Positions 11,616 through 25,527 of a stretch of DNA of 64,000 bases are shown here, one piece after another (position 1 is the first letter of the stretch; every line of letters begins with the position of its first letter). The stretch spans positions 8,948,184 to 9,012,183 of the forward strand of contig MU058844.1 in the NCBI GenBank assembly GCA_013265495.1. Direction: 5' to 3'. The stretch comes from Vicugna vicugna. Taxonomy: Eukaryota. Under the pieces are notes generated by a model. The model saw nothing but the letters and a program-made list of their open reading frames with translations, did no database searches and had not been told where the DNA came from. Position numbers and translations under genes: made by a program.

Positions 11616-13289
11616 TATGAAAAGAATTGAAATTCCAAGGACCAGCTCAGCAGCATTTAATGTGTGGATGTTATAAGTTATCTTTGATCATGAATTTAGC
11701 ATTATTGTAAGAATATGTAAAAGGGTACCATTTTGATTACATAATTTTTTTTTCCAAACTGGGAAATGAAGGCAAATTAAGCTACACACTTTCCTTCAGC
11801 TTCTGATATTTACAGCTATGCAACAGATACATCCCATGTGTGACACTAGAATTAAAATTATAACCTTGTAGTAATGATATCGGAAAAACAGTTGTAATGA
11901 ACTATCAGTACTGTCTTAGGAGAGTGACAGTTTTTCAATGATCAAAATGACTCTAATTTTTTGATTGTCATGGATCTTGGTAACCCTTGTGTAATCACTG
12001 ATAATGTCATTTCCTGCTTTCAAGAACTTCATATAAGACCTAAGGCAAAAAAGGATCCCTTATATATCTATTCTGATAGGTAAAAGTAGGTTGATTATTA
12101 ATATTGTCTATATCCCTGTGACTCAAGGTAATGTAGCATAAAAATTATTACTTTTTATAGGATCAAAGAGGAAAAGATATTTAGAGGAAAAAAGAATGAT
12201 TTGGTATACTACTTCAAAAATCTCTGCCCATGCTATCCTCCCACCCCAACAATCCCCTAAATGGCGCATGTCATCCAAAATGTATGTTTGCTTTTGTTCC
12301 CGGGGAAATAATGCAATAGAATTTCCCAATTGAATTTCTGGAAGCAGGTGTCCTTTATGATAGCATCACCTTAATTCCTGCCAAGAACATAGTGTTCAGC
12401 ACACAATTCCAGTTTCATTAATTTTATTACTGTTTGCAGTACTCTGCCCATCCTACCAGATATACTGCAGGGTGACTCAAACAACTCAAGAGAGAATTTC
12501 TATTTATATCCAACATTGTGTCTATTTGGTTATGTGCCTTAATTTCTAAGATTATACTATTTTTGAATGTAATAAGGTTGTAATAATAACACTGGATTAA
12601 ATATTTTATGGAATTATATTTTTGGTGATTCCTCACACCATGTAATGTAGCCTTAAATTTGAGATTTTATAAGTTGAAATAGCCTACATTAGTAGAAAAC
12701 ATCCCTTTATGCGCAATGGAAAAATCTTGAAAATAGCTTCTTTTTTCAGTTTATTTAGAAGAATTCTTTCAAGTTGCTTTGAAGTCCTTTTTGACCTAGG
12801 ATGAGTCCTCTCCACTGGCTTTAATGTTCCTGTAATAGGTAGGATGTGTAAATTATATTGACAAACTTGCTATAAATGGTATCAGCATGAGTTGATAATC
12901 AAACTTAAAGAAGGAGTAACAAAAGCCAGCTTTATATATTCTTCTTTGGAAACTGGCCATTTCCATCAATTAAGTAAGTTTCTGTTTTCTCAGTGAAATC
13001 TGAGAATGACTGCTACTGAGAAGTGGTCTTCCCTTTTTCTGTACTTATGTATCATCTTTCTCTTTATCACTAATTCCTAAGATACAGCACATAAAAGAAT
13101 TATAAGGAGTAAAAGTAGAAGAGAAGAACCAGGAAATAGAAATAATGCTTAGAAAAATGCTGAAGGAACATATAAATGAAATCAATAAACCTTTTATTTT
13201 ATTATCTATAATGCTAGTTGTTTTCAAATAAGATATTCAAGTACAATCTTCTCAAGAACTCTCTCAGCTTTGTGTTATAGCTAGTTTAC

Positions 13290-13384
13290 AGCCTTAGAGA
13301 CCATGACTCTAAAAGATGAGAACCTTGCCCAGGGACACAAAATAGCCAATATACAAAGTAGCAGAGCCAGGATTCAACTCATGC

Positions 13385-13420
<36 letters not shown>

Positions 13421-13427
13421 TGTGTGT
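13290..13427 (-). mobile_element. MIR fragment followed by an imperfect (TG)n at 13386-13427
   Basis: CTTGCCCAGGGACACA...AGTAGCAGAGCCAGGATTCAACTC, then a TG run. Confidence 0.65.
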
Positions 13428-13609
13428 TTTCTCTCTTGTGAAATTTTCTACTGGAGATCACTAAATTACCAGAACACTAGAGATCGGCAAATTGCTTGGG
13501 TATTCATAATGCCTAGTAGAAAGAATAGACAGAGAGGGAAATAATTTAAAGGGAGGAAAAATAAAGTAAAAGCGAAAAAGAGGAAGTTTTCTAGTAATGG
13601 AGATGAAGA

Positions 13610-13850
13610 AATTTGGGCCGTGCATCCGAGAGGCATATCTGGGAGCGTAATAGGGAGAGAGAGGCCACCTCTCTACACATATGCCTCACTCAGCTGCGTT
13701 CTGTCCTGAACTCTGCTCTACACATGTGCCGTCAGCTCCCGTGCTCTGTGTACAAGCTGCGTCTCACCCACTCTCCAAATGTGATAAGGCTTCCTCCCAG
13801 ATGTTACAGCTATGCCAGTCACCTTTGGCCCGATTTCTAAAACTCTTTTG
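13610..13850. promoter_or_regulatory. Candidate enhancer or alternative promoter
   Basis: GC- and CpG-enriched unique block with E-boxes CATATG, CAGCTG, CACATG, CAAATG and CAGATG. Confidence 0.4.
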
Positions 13851-16800
13851 GGCTTTTTTTTTTTTATTATTAATGACATCAGTTATGGATTTTAGTACAC
13901 AGCCTTCAGTTCTTTCATATCACACTGTTTTCCTATTTTCTTGGGGTGCCATCCAAAGAGAGTTCAAATTTCAGTAATGAATCTGAGCCCTGTATCTGAG
14001 GACAAGCATGATTTCTCTTGCTCAATTTCTTGTTTCAGGACGTAAATATAGGATTTGAATTTCTTATTCGCAGTTCTTTCCAATTGGCTGCTTAGACCAA
14101 TTTGGATATACTATAGACATCCTTGACCTTGACACCAACAATTACTGATGTTAGTAAGGTTAGGTCCCAACCATGACCCTAGTTAAAGTGTATAACTACA
14201 CAGTAGTGACATGTCCCATGTTGTCATAAATTTTTATTTAAATTACTGTAGTTTTGAGCCAAGTTTCTCTATGGCACAGAACAACTCTTTGCAAGACATG
14301 GTGAGCATAGGGTAAATTCTGGTACCACTTTGGAGAGTAAAAGTGATTAATTTATATAAGAAACATCATAGGATCATTACCTCTTAAGTTTTAACAAACT
14401 AAGTTAACATCATTCTACGTGAAATTTGCCTGATAATTCACATTTTAACTAAGTTATTCTGAAATGTTTTTAATACTGTAGTTCATTACTAGATGGCCTA
14501 ACCTTCACTTTTACAAGTTGATATCATATTTAACATATGGAAAGATTTTTAAATTTATTTAATCTGTAACTTAGAAGTTATTTCTTCTGTCAAAATTCTG
14601 CAAAAGGCCAAAACTGGTAAAAAAAAAAATACATCATTGTTTTATTTCTCTTTGCTGTCTATCGTAAAATTTGGAGGGGCAAATTTTTAAGATATCTTAT
14701 CATCATCCTTAACATGGTTAGATGGAGATAAGATTGTGACCTGGGACAAGTGCTAAAGTAACATACAGATTATAGGATGGGCTTGGCTCTGAATTTAAGA
14801 AATTAATAATTAAGAAATGGGATTTTAAAGAAGTAACAGACATGTATCTACTCTACATTTTTTTTTGGATTTGCAAGTTGGCACATGGTTGTCAACTACT
14901 CTAGAAGTGTATTTTGATGTTTAGTGCCCCTGGACATGAAGATCCATTTTCAACCCACTCGTCTCTTGAAACTGTTCCTTCTTATTAACGATTTCACATG
15001 AAATCTTTTCCCTTGACAAGAGGAAGATATATTAATCACAGTAACCAATCAGTACAAAATAATATGGCAGGTGATCTAAAGAATTATTGACATAATGTTC
15101 TGATCAAGAAAGTAGTGAACATTGTTTTTTGTTGTGTGCGTGTGTGTGTTCCTTTTTATTCAGCTAGTTGAGTAGTGCTTAAAATGGAGCTGACTTGTTT
15201 ACAGGAGATAAAAGAGTACTCAGTAAAAACTGCTTTTTTTAACCCCAATATCACAGTCTTACTTTCATCACATCTTGGGTGGAAAATGATGTGGTTAACA
15301 CTGCTCTATTCAAAATGGACTCCTAACTCAAAGGCATGATATCTTTAGCTAGCACATAATAATTTTCATTTCCATAAAAAAAAATTTCCCGGTGTCCTGA
15401 TTTATCAAACTTGAATTCTACTTGTTTAAGTATTCTTTTACAAGTTTTTTTTTCCAAACTAACATGTATCACTGTATCACATTATCATAGGCAATTTATC
15501 CTGTCTTTGGTTCTTCATAACAACACAAAGGTTAGAAATCTTTATAATTAATCATTCAGTAAATATTGTTTTGAACATCTAGGCATAGGAAATATAGTTG
15601 TGAATAAGGGTCTTTAAGTCTCATGAGGCTTACAGGCTCAACTTATAGATGAAGATACAAAAATAGAGATTTGTATGTCATGTTTTGTGATTCAACTGTC
15701 AATATATTAGTGCTAAATGTCAATAAGACATTATATATGCTGTTTAAGAAAACTTGACAGTGAATTTAGGGAGATGAATATATGAATAAGTCTAATGTAA
15801 GAAATACAGTTATAAAGCCTTCCAGTAAAACTATAAACAGAATCATCTGGGAGTTTTTGAGAGGGAGAAATTATACCACTGTAGCTAGAGGTATTCAAGA
15901 ATGAATAATCATATGAACATTTATATTTTATATTAAATGAATGATTGCAACATGGTTATCACACAGGGGTTGATTACAACTGTCATAAACTGATTTAGGA
16001 TACAGGATTTTCCTCCTCTCTTTCCCATTTACACACACACACAGACACAAGGCCGTTGTAAAAATTCAAAGTTGTATATTAATTTCTCTTTTGGGTCACC
16101 TACAAGCTGAATTTTAACTACACTGTGTTTCTTCTTGTTTGTATACTTTTTGGTTTGGTTTGATTTTAACTACTTTGGCCTACTTTTAATCTGAGTGGAA
16201 AAACTTTATGCCACCTAGCCATGTTTTAAGGCTTTCCTCCTTCCCTAGTTACCCCTGATGATTATCAGTTTAGGTAAAATTAGAAAAATCAGTTCCTTAA
16301 CTCCTCTAGTTTGTTTTGATTACCAAATATTAAGTTTCTATTTTCACAAAAACTCAGTGTATGATCTATATATTGGGAACAACTATTGTTTTTCTCCCAA
16401 AGAATAGATACATATTTTAGAGCCTCCTATCTATGCAAGTCTGCAATTCTGCTATGCAAAGTAGCTTTTTAAAAAGTGGACATGTTACTGACTTCCAAGG
16501 AACAGTGGTGTCACTTTGGTTTGTGTATGTTGACTGGTTTTTATTCATTCAATAAATATTCATTGAGTTGCTTCTTTATGTGAGGCACTATTCTAAGCCC
16601 TCAGGTTACAGCAATGAGCAAAATAAATTTCCTTCCCATTATAGAATGTACATAATTCTAATCAGAAGAGGAAATGAGTTAGTTTCATTTCTTGTCCTTC
16701 ATTTTGTATCATTTTTATATAAGAATATGTCCAGTTGCATATGCTGATCATCAGGACATTTGTTCTTTTGAATGTCTGGTTTTAGGAACTCTACCCACAC

Positions 16801-17774
16801 ACCCACAGGATAGCATTGTGGATAGACTGCATATACAGTCTGAGAGCAGGTGGTAGTGGGACTCATACTGTAAATTAAGTTACTCTGACATCTTTGACAG
16901 ATCGTTTCCCAGTTCACATTTGTAAACTGGTGATACGTCTTTCAGCCTTAGACAGAAAAAATAATGTCCCCATTCTACATAGTAGGTGGATGAAGTTAAT
17001 GCTGTGTCATTTTAGGTCATTAAAAGCGCCTAACTTCCTCATCATTTTAATGAACATTTATAAATTCCAGTTTGTATTTCTTATAACACTTACTCCTTTT
17101 TATCTACTCTTTTAAATTAGTCCATGCATTTGAAGAGTCTCTATTTTCACTGTTTTGAATACCTCCTGAAAGTCTCACATCTCTAAATAAGTTGGAATAA
17201 TTCTCTGGAGGGACCCCACAAGATTGCTTTCCTATTCACACTTCCACTTAGTGCTGGCAGGAAGGCTAATCTCCTATTTGATTAAAATAGATTGATATTG
17301 TATGCACTTGTAGGTTCATTATCGTGCATGCTCTTCATTGCAATTTCTGTCTTTCCCAAGGTAGTTGTGGAAGAGCATATTCACTATCTTGTTTTTCTTT
17401 TGTTTTTGTTTTTTTTAAAAATTAAGTTCATTTATTTTATCCCTTTACCTTAGAGTTAATGTTTTCCTGAAATGGATAAACATCACTGTATACGTATATT
17501 CTTACTCACATCAGTTTAATTTTCTTCTAGACTATAAATTCTCTCCCTTTCTTTAAATTATAATTTATTTAACATTATTGTTAGATGACCCTGGTCAGCC
17601 TCAGTATGTTTTCCATGGTTTGGAGATTTTGTACTGAGATGTCATAATTGTGGGGGGAACCAAAGACTGACAACCTGGACTCCGTCTGTTCTATCTGATC
17701 TATTTTTCCCAGACCTTCCCTGAGTGCTTCAAATGCTAATTATTTTCATCTCTGACCTGCTTTCTTTTAAAGTT

Positions 17775-17995
17775 TCTGATGGTGTTTTTAAGCCTTGTTT
17801 ACCAGGGCTCTAGGACTGTGTCAAGATGCCTCAAGGACAGTCTCACAGGGACTCTGAACAAGGAGGTGTCCAATTCTGTTACCTCTGCCTCAAACAAAGG
17901 AATCCCACTTTATATATCTTATATCGTGGGCTTCCACATATAATTTTATTTAACATATACTCTGTTTAGAAAAAAGTTTAAATTACCATTTACTG
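17775..17995. mobile_element. Probable hAT-Charlie-type MITE remnant
   Basis: TTTATATATCTTATATCGTGGGCTTCCACATATAATTT...AAAAAAGTTTAAATTACCA resembles Charlie-derived elements. Confidence 0.4.
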
Positions 17996-18399
17996 GATTA
18001 TATCAACTTTTTACTTGAAGACTCTACACAGTGCCCCTTAACACTGACATCTAACCCTCTAGATTATTTTGGGTGTTGGTATTGAGCCCTGTATCAGATT
18101 GCAAGCACATGTTTTTTATTGTTACATTCCCATTCTGACCTCGCATTAAAGTCAGAATAGGAATAATAATCATATGGTAATTTGTCACTTCATTGGTCAC
18201 CAGAGTGGATTTGGGTGACCTGGTTGACCAGGAAAAAGCCACCTCCTTTTTTAATTCACCTGGCTTATTGTCCAAGTTATCAGCTTGGACCAAAAGACTG
18301 CCCTCGCTAGGTAGGAGGCTACTGCTTCAGACAGGAGGCTCAGAGTGGGCTGCCCCTCTGGTGAAACAAGAATCCTAGTGCGATGCTTACCGGTGCTTC

Positions 18400-18950
18400 C
18401 TTTTAGCTTCTTTTGCTAGCCCTTACTTATTTCGCTACATTCGATAATACTGGGGTGCTGGAAGATTCAGTTGTTGAATTCTCTCCTTCTCTCCTTGCCT
18501 GTACTCCCCTAAGTCTATACACTGAAGACTCCCAGATGTATAGTTCTTGCCAGGACTCTCCATTGAAATTCCAAGCTCATATGTCCAACTACCTACCTGA
18601 CATTTCTGTGTGAAGGCCTAATAGGTATCTAAAATTTAACACGTTGAGAACCACGCTCTGGATTGTCCTTCCAAACCTGATCCAACCATAGCCTTCCCTT
18701 CTCATTTTATGGCAACTCCATCCTTCCATTTGTGTAGGTAAAATTCTTGGAGTTTTGCATGTCTTCTATTTCCCTCACATCCAAATCTACCTTCAAAATA
18801 TTTTTAGAGTCCAGCTAGGTCTCCCCAGCTTCACCACTACCACCTTGGTCTGAGCCACCATCAGCGTTCACCTGCAAAAACTCCTAACTTGTTTCCTTTG
18901 TTCCACTCTAACCACCTCTCTCCAAGCTTTATTCTCAACCCACCATTTTT
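18400..18950 (+). mobile_element. LINE-2 fragment
   Basis: GACTCCCAGATGTATA, TCCAACTACCTACCTGACAT, ATGGCAACTCCATCCTTCCA and CTACCTTCAAAATAT. Confidence 0.8.
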
Positions 18951-19072
18951 GAATGGTGATTTAACTCCAAAGAAGCAGTGTGATGATGTTCAAAAACAAT
19001 CTTTGTGTTGTATTTTTTTATAATTGTATATATATGTGTGTGTGCATAGAGTTGTTAATAATTAAAGATGCC

Positions 19073-19232
19073 TTTTTATTTTTTTGATTATTTTTAAATT
19101 AATTAATTAAAATTTTGTTGGGGGAGTAATTAGGTTTATTTATTTATGTTTTAGTGGAGGTACTGGGGATTGAACCCAGGACATTTTGCATGCTAGGCAT
19201 GCACTCTACCACTGAGCTATACCTTCCCCACC
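19073..19232 (-). mobile_element. Camelid Vic-1-type tRNA-derived SINE with TSD
   Basis: Minus strand GGTATAGCTCAGTGGTAGAG (A box) ...CCTGGGTTCAATCCCCAG (B box), AT-rich tail; TSD AAGATGC(C/A)TTTTT at 19065-19077 and 19233-19245. Confidence 0.85.
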
Positions 19233-19519
19233 AAGATGCATTTTTAAAAAATAATCATATCCATCTTCTGTATTGTTGTATCTCCAGTGCTTAGTACAAA
19301 GGATAGAACCCTATAAGCGCTCAATTAACAATTGTTGAATTAATGAATGAGTGATCTCATTTAGGGAAGTTTGGCAGTCACTGTTATCTATAGGAGTGCC
19401 AAAGGCGTTTTAAATATAAAATGTTTTCCCACTTATTGAGAAATAATATATCACTCATTGAATTTGTTTTCTTAGCTCTGTCTTTTACATTTAGTAACCA
19501 TTAGCTGAAGCTAATTAAT

Positions 19520-20390
19520 ACCTGCATTCATTTGTTTAATAAATATTTATTACAACTTTATGGCAAATACTGCCCTAGGCATTGGAAATACAACAGTTCA
19601 TAAAACAAAAAAATATATATTCAATCATAAAATGAATAAATATATAAACATATAATGCAGTGAAGAAAATAGAGCTGTGTAAGGAAACAGAGAGTTGCAG
19701 TGTGTGAGTGGGAGCGTACTTTTTATACTCTCTTCATATAAGGATTTTCAGAAGTGTTGACATTTAGGCAGACACTAAAATAACTGATGGAGGGAACCAT
19801 ATGAATATTGGATAGGTTGGGGAGAAAGCCAGGCAAAAGGAATAGCAGTTACAAATACCGAGGGGAGAACATGCTTAATATGGGATTTGAAATCACAACT
19901 AACTGATCCTTTCTTCTCTTGCTCTAATTCCTGTCCCCTCCCCTGCTCTGCTTCTTTCCTGTGCACTTATGCCCTTTTGACACACAAATAACTTACTTAT
20001 GTTAGTGGTTTCTGTACTTCTCACCACAGTGGAGGCTGTACGAAAAAGGGCATTTGTCTATTATGTTCACCAGTGTACCCTAAATGTGTAGAATAGCATC
20101 TGACTCATAGCCGCTACTCGGTAGATCTTCACTGTCTCAATTGACATGCTGTTCTGGGGCCTGCAAAGAGACTGTGTGGCCAGTGGATAGTGTGTAGGGG
20201 CATAGACATGACGTGGACAGAGAGGGCTAGGATCGATATTGTATGGCTTTGTAGGCTTGGAAAGGACTTTGAATTGTCTCTGAAGTGTGACGTGAAAGTA
20301 TTGAAGCATTGAGAATAAGAGGGTGGAAAGATCTGATTCACATGTCTACAGGTCTTATAGACTGCTGAATGGAGAAAAGAATTCACCATT
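19520..20390 (-). mobile_element. LINE-2 fragments (minus), interrupted by a plus-strand L2 tail at about 19920-20130
   Basis: CATTCATTTGTTTAATAAATATTTATT tail, TGACATTTAGGCAGACAC and AAGGACTTTGAATTGTCTCTGAAGTG. Confidence 0.65.
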
Positions 20391-20679
20391 TTCCAGGAGC
20401 TCCCAGTTGAGTGGACAGGTGCACCAATATGCTAATAGCTCACCTATTGCAGACCTTAATAAGGGTTACAGCTGAAGTACAAACCAGTTGTGTGAAAATA
20501 AAAGGACCCCGGAGTGGTGAGGCTTCATGGAAGAGGGGGCACTGAAGCTGGATCTTAAATTTGAGTAAAAAGAGAATTCTGGGTAACAAAACAATTGAGA
20601 AAAGAATAAATGCAACACAATCAATTGGTAAAAAAAAGACATTTAGAAAGTAGGTTTTGATTCAGAGTGACTGAGAGGA

Positions 20680-20880
20680 TAATGATGACAGTATGTGCTT
20701 TGCATGCATTATCTCACTTAGTTTTTACAACACTCTCAATGAGTTAAAACCTAGTTTAATCCCCACTTTTCAGAGAAAGAAAACTGAGAGGCTCAGAGAA
20801 GCTAGGTCAAAGCTTTATTGGTCAAGAAAGTAGAAGGATGGAGATTTGAATTTGAGTCTGACGCTAGAGCCCATGTACTG
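20680..20880 (-). mobile_element. MIR SINE
   Basis: CATTATCTCACTTA...ATCCCCACTTTTCAGAGAAAGAAAACTGAG...GATTTGAA. Confidence 0.75.
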
Positions 20881-21867
20881 AGTTGATGATTTAATAATAA
20901 TATGATCATAATTCAAAGAAATATCCAATTCCTTACATCTAATCAGCTCAAACAAATTAATATTTTTTCGCATGACTGGAGCTGCCAGTGTATATAATGC
21001 TATCCAAGGCACTGTAATTATGTTACTGATTATGTGCTCTTTTGATATTAAAGCAAAACATTTATAATAAGAATTTCTGCTTTTGTTACGAAATGTCAAT
21101 TTATGTTCCTTTCAATTATTTATGTGTAGTGAATGTCAAGTATAAGGCAGATAAATTGAAGAGATTAATGTATGCCCACAATTTATAATGACAAAATAAA
21201 CTCTTAATTCTGTCGCAAGGAGCTCCAAGCTCCTAATCAACAAGCTACAAAATTGTGACTGGATCAGTTGTTTACAGGGTCTACATTTCCAGCTAAGACA
21301 TGGCGACCCAGGAAAGTTTTAATAATTCACTGTCAATATGTTCAAAATGAAGTTTTGCTGAGGTCATTCCCTGTCTGAGTGGCATTTAACCTTTTCAGTC
21401 CTTGGTTATGGACTGAAGAAGATACCAACAAAACTGGTCACATGACCTGGATTTAGAAGAGAGGTCAACATAAAAATGGAATTTAAGAGAAAATGGAGAA
21501 AAGATAAATTCATCAAAGAGGAAATAATAGGCAGAAAATTTTTAGGATAAGGGTACAACAGAGCAGTGTTTCTCAGTTTCTCTCACAAAGAGAAAATCAT
21601 GACATTTTACATCACACTGTTGTAGACAGAGGAGGCTGCTCAAGCCTAGAATTGAGAACATCAAGAGCTCGGAAGTCCCAGCTTTGAGGAGTCGCCCTGA
21701 AGCTGAGAGACTGGTTTGCAGCACACTCATAACCTATTTGCAAAACACTAGTTGGGAAGTTCTGCCCTAGTTAGCTCAGAATGATTCATGGTATGACCAA
21801 GAATAGTGGGACATTTTTATCTCTCTTATGTTCAGTTTGACTGTAAAAGAAAAGAATTGCACTGTGT

Positions 21868-22040
21868 CAGTGATCCCTTAATCCTTTTCAATGTTTGTAT
21901 GCTGAAAAACACCAGAGAAGCTTTAGAAAAATGCTAATTTGGTGTCCTTAAAATAATTAAACCAAGATCATGAGAAGTGAGACCTAAATATTGATATTTT
22001 TTAAAGCACTGTAGAGAATTCTAATGTTGGAAAAATCTAG
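21868..22040. mobile_element. MER5-like hAT MITE
   Basis: CAGTGATCCCTTAA...CACCAGAGAAGCTTTAGAAAAATGC...TTTTTAAAGC...ATTCTAATG. Confidence 0.55.
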
Positions 22041-23089
22041 ATAATTGCTAGGGTCTTTTGTGTCCCTAACCATCTAAGATTTTAAATGGCATTAGAAGAT
22101 AGTCTATAGCACCCTAAGTTGGGAGGAGCCTGTGAATATGTGGATGCTTAAAGGGACAATCAAAGAAAACCCGTAAGAGAGTCCCAGGAAAGAGATTGTA
22201 AGCCATTTCCAGTGATACCTAAGAAGATCCCCTTCTAGACTTAAAATTGCCAGGAAGTAATTATTTCTCCTTGTAACAAAATTTAAGTGACAATATCAGT
22301 CTCAGACTTTGAGATGAGAGAGAAAGAGATAAGCATAGGTGCAAAAGAAAAGGGATTTCACTGTAAAACTACTGTTCCATCTTTGGATCCAAATGGATGG
22401 ATTAGTATAATTCTTTACTGAATGGATCAAATAAAAATATACTAGGAAAATAGGATGGAGATACTAGCTAGAGAATGGAAGACATAATAGACCACAGATT
22501 CTTGGTTAGGTATGAAGAGAGTAAAAATAAGAATTGGCTGATAAAGTGGGTCAAATGATGTCTATGTTCATGATATCCAAGAAAAAATACAGTGGAAATA
22601 ATAGAATATGAGAATAGGATGATAAGGAGTGATTGCTCTAGGGATTACATTCCCCTCTACTTCATTGGCAGGGGCCCCAGTAGAGTAATACTTCTGGCCT
22701 TACTTGTACTCTTCCAAGAAGAAATGATTTCCTGGGTAAGCCAGTCTGGAGAATGAACTGGGGTGCGTGGCTCATTTTTTCCCTTCCTCCTTTTATCAGT
22801 CCTCCAGAGAGCATGCATTCCAAACTGCTTTTTGCCATGCTGTAAACTTTGTAGCTTCTCTCAACCCACTCATCTGAATCAAAGCCTTTTATTTAAGGAG
22901 GTAAAGCCAACTGATTCACTCACATATCAAAGCTGTGTTCTTTTAAATTCTACAGTGCTTTACCATTTTCAGATATTTTATACACATGATTTCCTATAAT
23001 CCCATAGTAACCATTTTCCCCCCTACCACTATATTGGTTATAGTATATATTAATATATTAATGTACTTAATATATTAAAATATTCCCTC

Positions 23090-24150
23090 TCTGTCCTTCA
23101 TGGTTAATTCATACCATTGTCTCACTTCTCAAACATTCAACACACCCTTCTCTAACCTACCCTCTGCTGATGTCCCTGCTCCTTAAGTTCCTGAGGCCTT
23201 GTGCAAACTCCCACCCCCACAATTATCAGCATTAGGGACCCACATACTCTGCCTTCCACTTGTTTTCAAAGATGGGGTCCTCTTTCTCTTCCTAAAGCCA
23301 ATCTCTTTTCACATAGATACTGTCTGCTCTCATCCACTCAAGGACATCATTCCAGAAATCTGCCTCTATTTGCCTCTACATCATCAATTTTTCACCCTCT
23401 ACTTGAGTTTTTATCTTAGTACAACGTGTTCTTATTTCTCTCCTTTCTTTGCAAGCCACTGTCCCATTTCTTTAATTCCCTTTGCAACAGTATGCTTTAA
23501 AGTGTTGTATAAACAGTTTTCAATTTCTCTTCTATTTTATCTTAAACTTACTTCAGTCAGCTTTTCTTCCAACCCTCCACTGAAGCCAACCCTCCACATT
23601 GTTAAATCCAAGGGCCAATTCTCAGCTTAGCTGATCTGTCAGCTCTTGACACAGAGGATCATTTGTACCTCCTAGAGTCATGTTAATCGCTGGTCTTTCC
23701 GAACATGTCTGTCTTGGTCTTTCCCCTACTTGGCTGATTGCTTCTACTCATACTCATTTTCTGGTCTCCCAGGACTCTTATTGTTGGAGTACACTAGGGC
23801 AATGACCTCTTCTCCATTACATCACTTCCTGACGACCTCATTTCAGGCTTTTGGCTTTCTATCTGTATGCTAATTTGGTCTCCAGACTTGTATATTCAAT
23901 TGCCTTTGTGACATCTCTATTTAGATCTTTAGTAGAAAACTCAAACTCAACAGGTGCATAACTGAACAACTGTATTTTTCCCAAACCTGCTTCTCTGGCA
24001 GTCTTCTCCATCTCAGTTGGTGGCAATTTCATTCTTCTATTGATCAGGCCAAAAACTTGAGCAACTGCTCAGGTCAAAGGGCTTGCAGTTATCCTGGGTC
24101 CTTTGCTGTCTTTCACAACCCACATCTGACCCATTAGGAAAATCTGAACA
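23090..24150 (+). mobile_element. LINE-2 fragment (about 1 kb)
   Basis: CCACTCAAGGACATCA, TAAATCCAAGGGCCAATTCTCAG, TCTTGACACAGAGGATCA and CTCAAACTCAACA. Confidence 0.75.
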
Positions 24151-24309
24151 CTTCAATAAAATTAAAATAAATAGTTCGTCAGATAACCAATCTCCTAAAA
24201 ATTCTTGGATGTATAAAATCAATCAATCAGTTACTTATTAATCCATTTTTATATTCTGTACTGAATTACAATCAGTGGTGGATAAAGCAGTGCCAAGATA
24301 TAAATTTGA

Positions 24310-24500
24310 GTCGTAATGTGGCTTTGAAATCAGAAAACCTGATTTCAGATGATGTGATTTTCTCACTTACCAGCTGTGTGACCTCAGACAAATTATAATT
24401 TCTTAAATGTAACTGAGGAATAAAATATCTCCTTTAGAGAGTTTTGTAAAAGGCAACATTATGACTGACATATAATATCATTCAATAAATGGTAACTATT
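24310..24500 (+). mobile_element. MIR SINE
   Basis: GGCTTTGAAATCAGAAAACCTG...CACTTACCAGCTGTGTGACCT...TCAATAAATGGTAACTATT. Confidence 0.7.
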
Positions 24501-25448
24501 GAGCCACTGTTCTTGTTCTTAATAGAAAATAAAACAGGATAGTGATTGTTGGCTTTGGTTTCCAAAGAAAAATTCGTGGAAAAAGTAAAATTAAGGAGGA
24601 AAAAATGCACTTGCTACCATGGCAACTGTGGCAGTACAAATCTTGAAGAATAAGAAATAAGATAATCTAAAGATTGGTTTAGTCTACTCCACAGTCTTGC
24701 CTAACATTGTTCTTGTTCCTGTAATCTTGCAATCTTTCTCATCTTAAACATGGAATTATGAATGGAGTGTCCATCCATATAAGTTAAAGTATTTTTAGAA
24801 AAATAGTTCTATTATTCCAAGCTATTATACCAAGCTAGATGTGGGAATGTTATCCTAAAAGTCCTTGCATAGAATTGGTTACCAACATGATTTATTTCAT
24901 CCTTTGAATCTATTTCTTCTGGGATGGTATAAACAAAGTATTTAGTGAACTGGATGAAAAGCATTATAACATCTGCTTCGTTTGCTTGGTATATCCCTTT
25001 GTTTTCTTTAATGTGGTATTTTTCTCAAAGCTCTACGAATGCATGAGAAGAGTTAGTATCTATGTGTACATTTGAGTGGGTGGACACATGTTAGTGTACA
25101 AAGTGAGGTGTCTCAACATATATTTTAAAGTCTATTTTCTAAACCACTACACAGCATTATTTAATAAAAACAATATGACTTGATAGTTAGAATATCTGGA
25201 TTTGTTCATTCTTTTTTCATTGTTGTTCATTCATTCACCAAAAACTTGCCTATTATGTACCAAAGAGTGCGTTCAGCATGAAAAATTTTAAATATACCAC
25301 ATATTTACTCTAAATAAGACTCTGGGAATGAGAATAAGCATTTTTGAATTCTCAGGACTAGTCATCCAGTCAAAATGAGATAATCGGTATTAAAATGCAA
25401 TTCATGAAAAGAGAAAAGCAAAACAACCAGAGGAGAATGTTTTAAGCC

Positions 25449-25527
25449 TATATATATGAATCATTCTACTGTACACAGGAATTAACACAACGTTGTAAAT
25501 CAACTATACTGCAGTTTTTAAAAAAAT
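25449..25527 (+). mobile_element. Very short LINE-1 3' end
   Basis: CTGTACACAGGAATTAACACAACGTTGTAAATCAACTATACT followed by an A run. Confidence 0.7.

Noticed and set aside
13613..14050. ORFs 13613-13840 and 13681-13977 as another coding first exon
   Set aside because: No recognisable peptide; the only nearby donors (TCA|GTAATG, GAC|GTAAAT) are weak.
23199..23630. 143-aa hydrophobic ORF
   Set aside because: Non-ATG start within pyrimidine-rich decayed L2 sequence.
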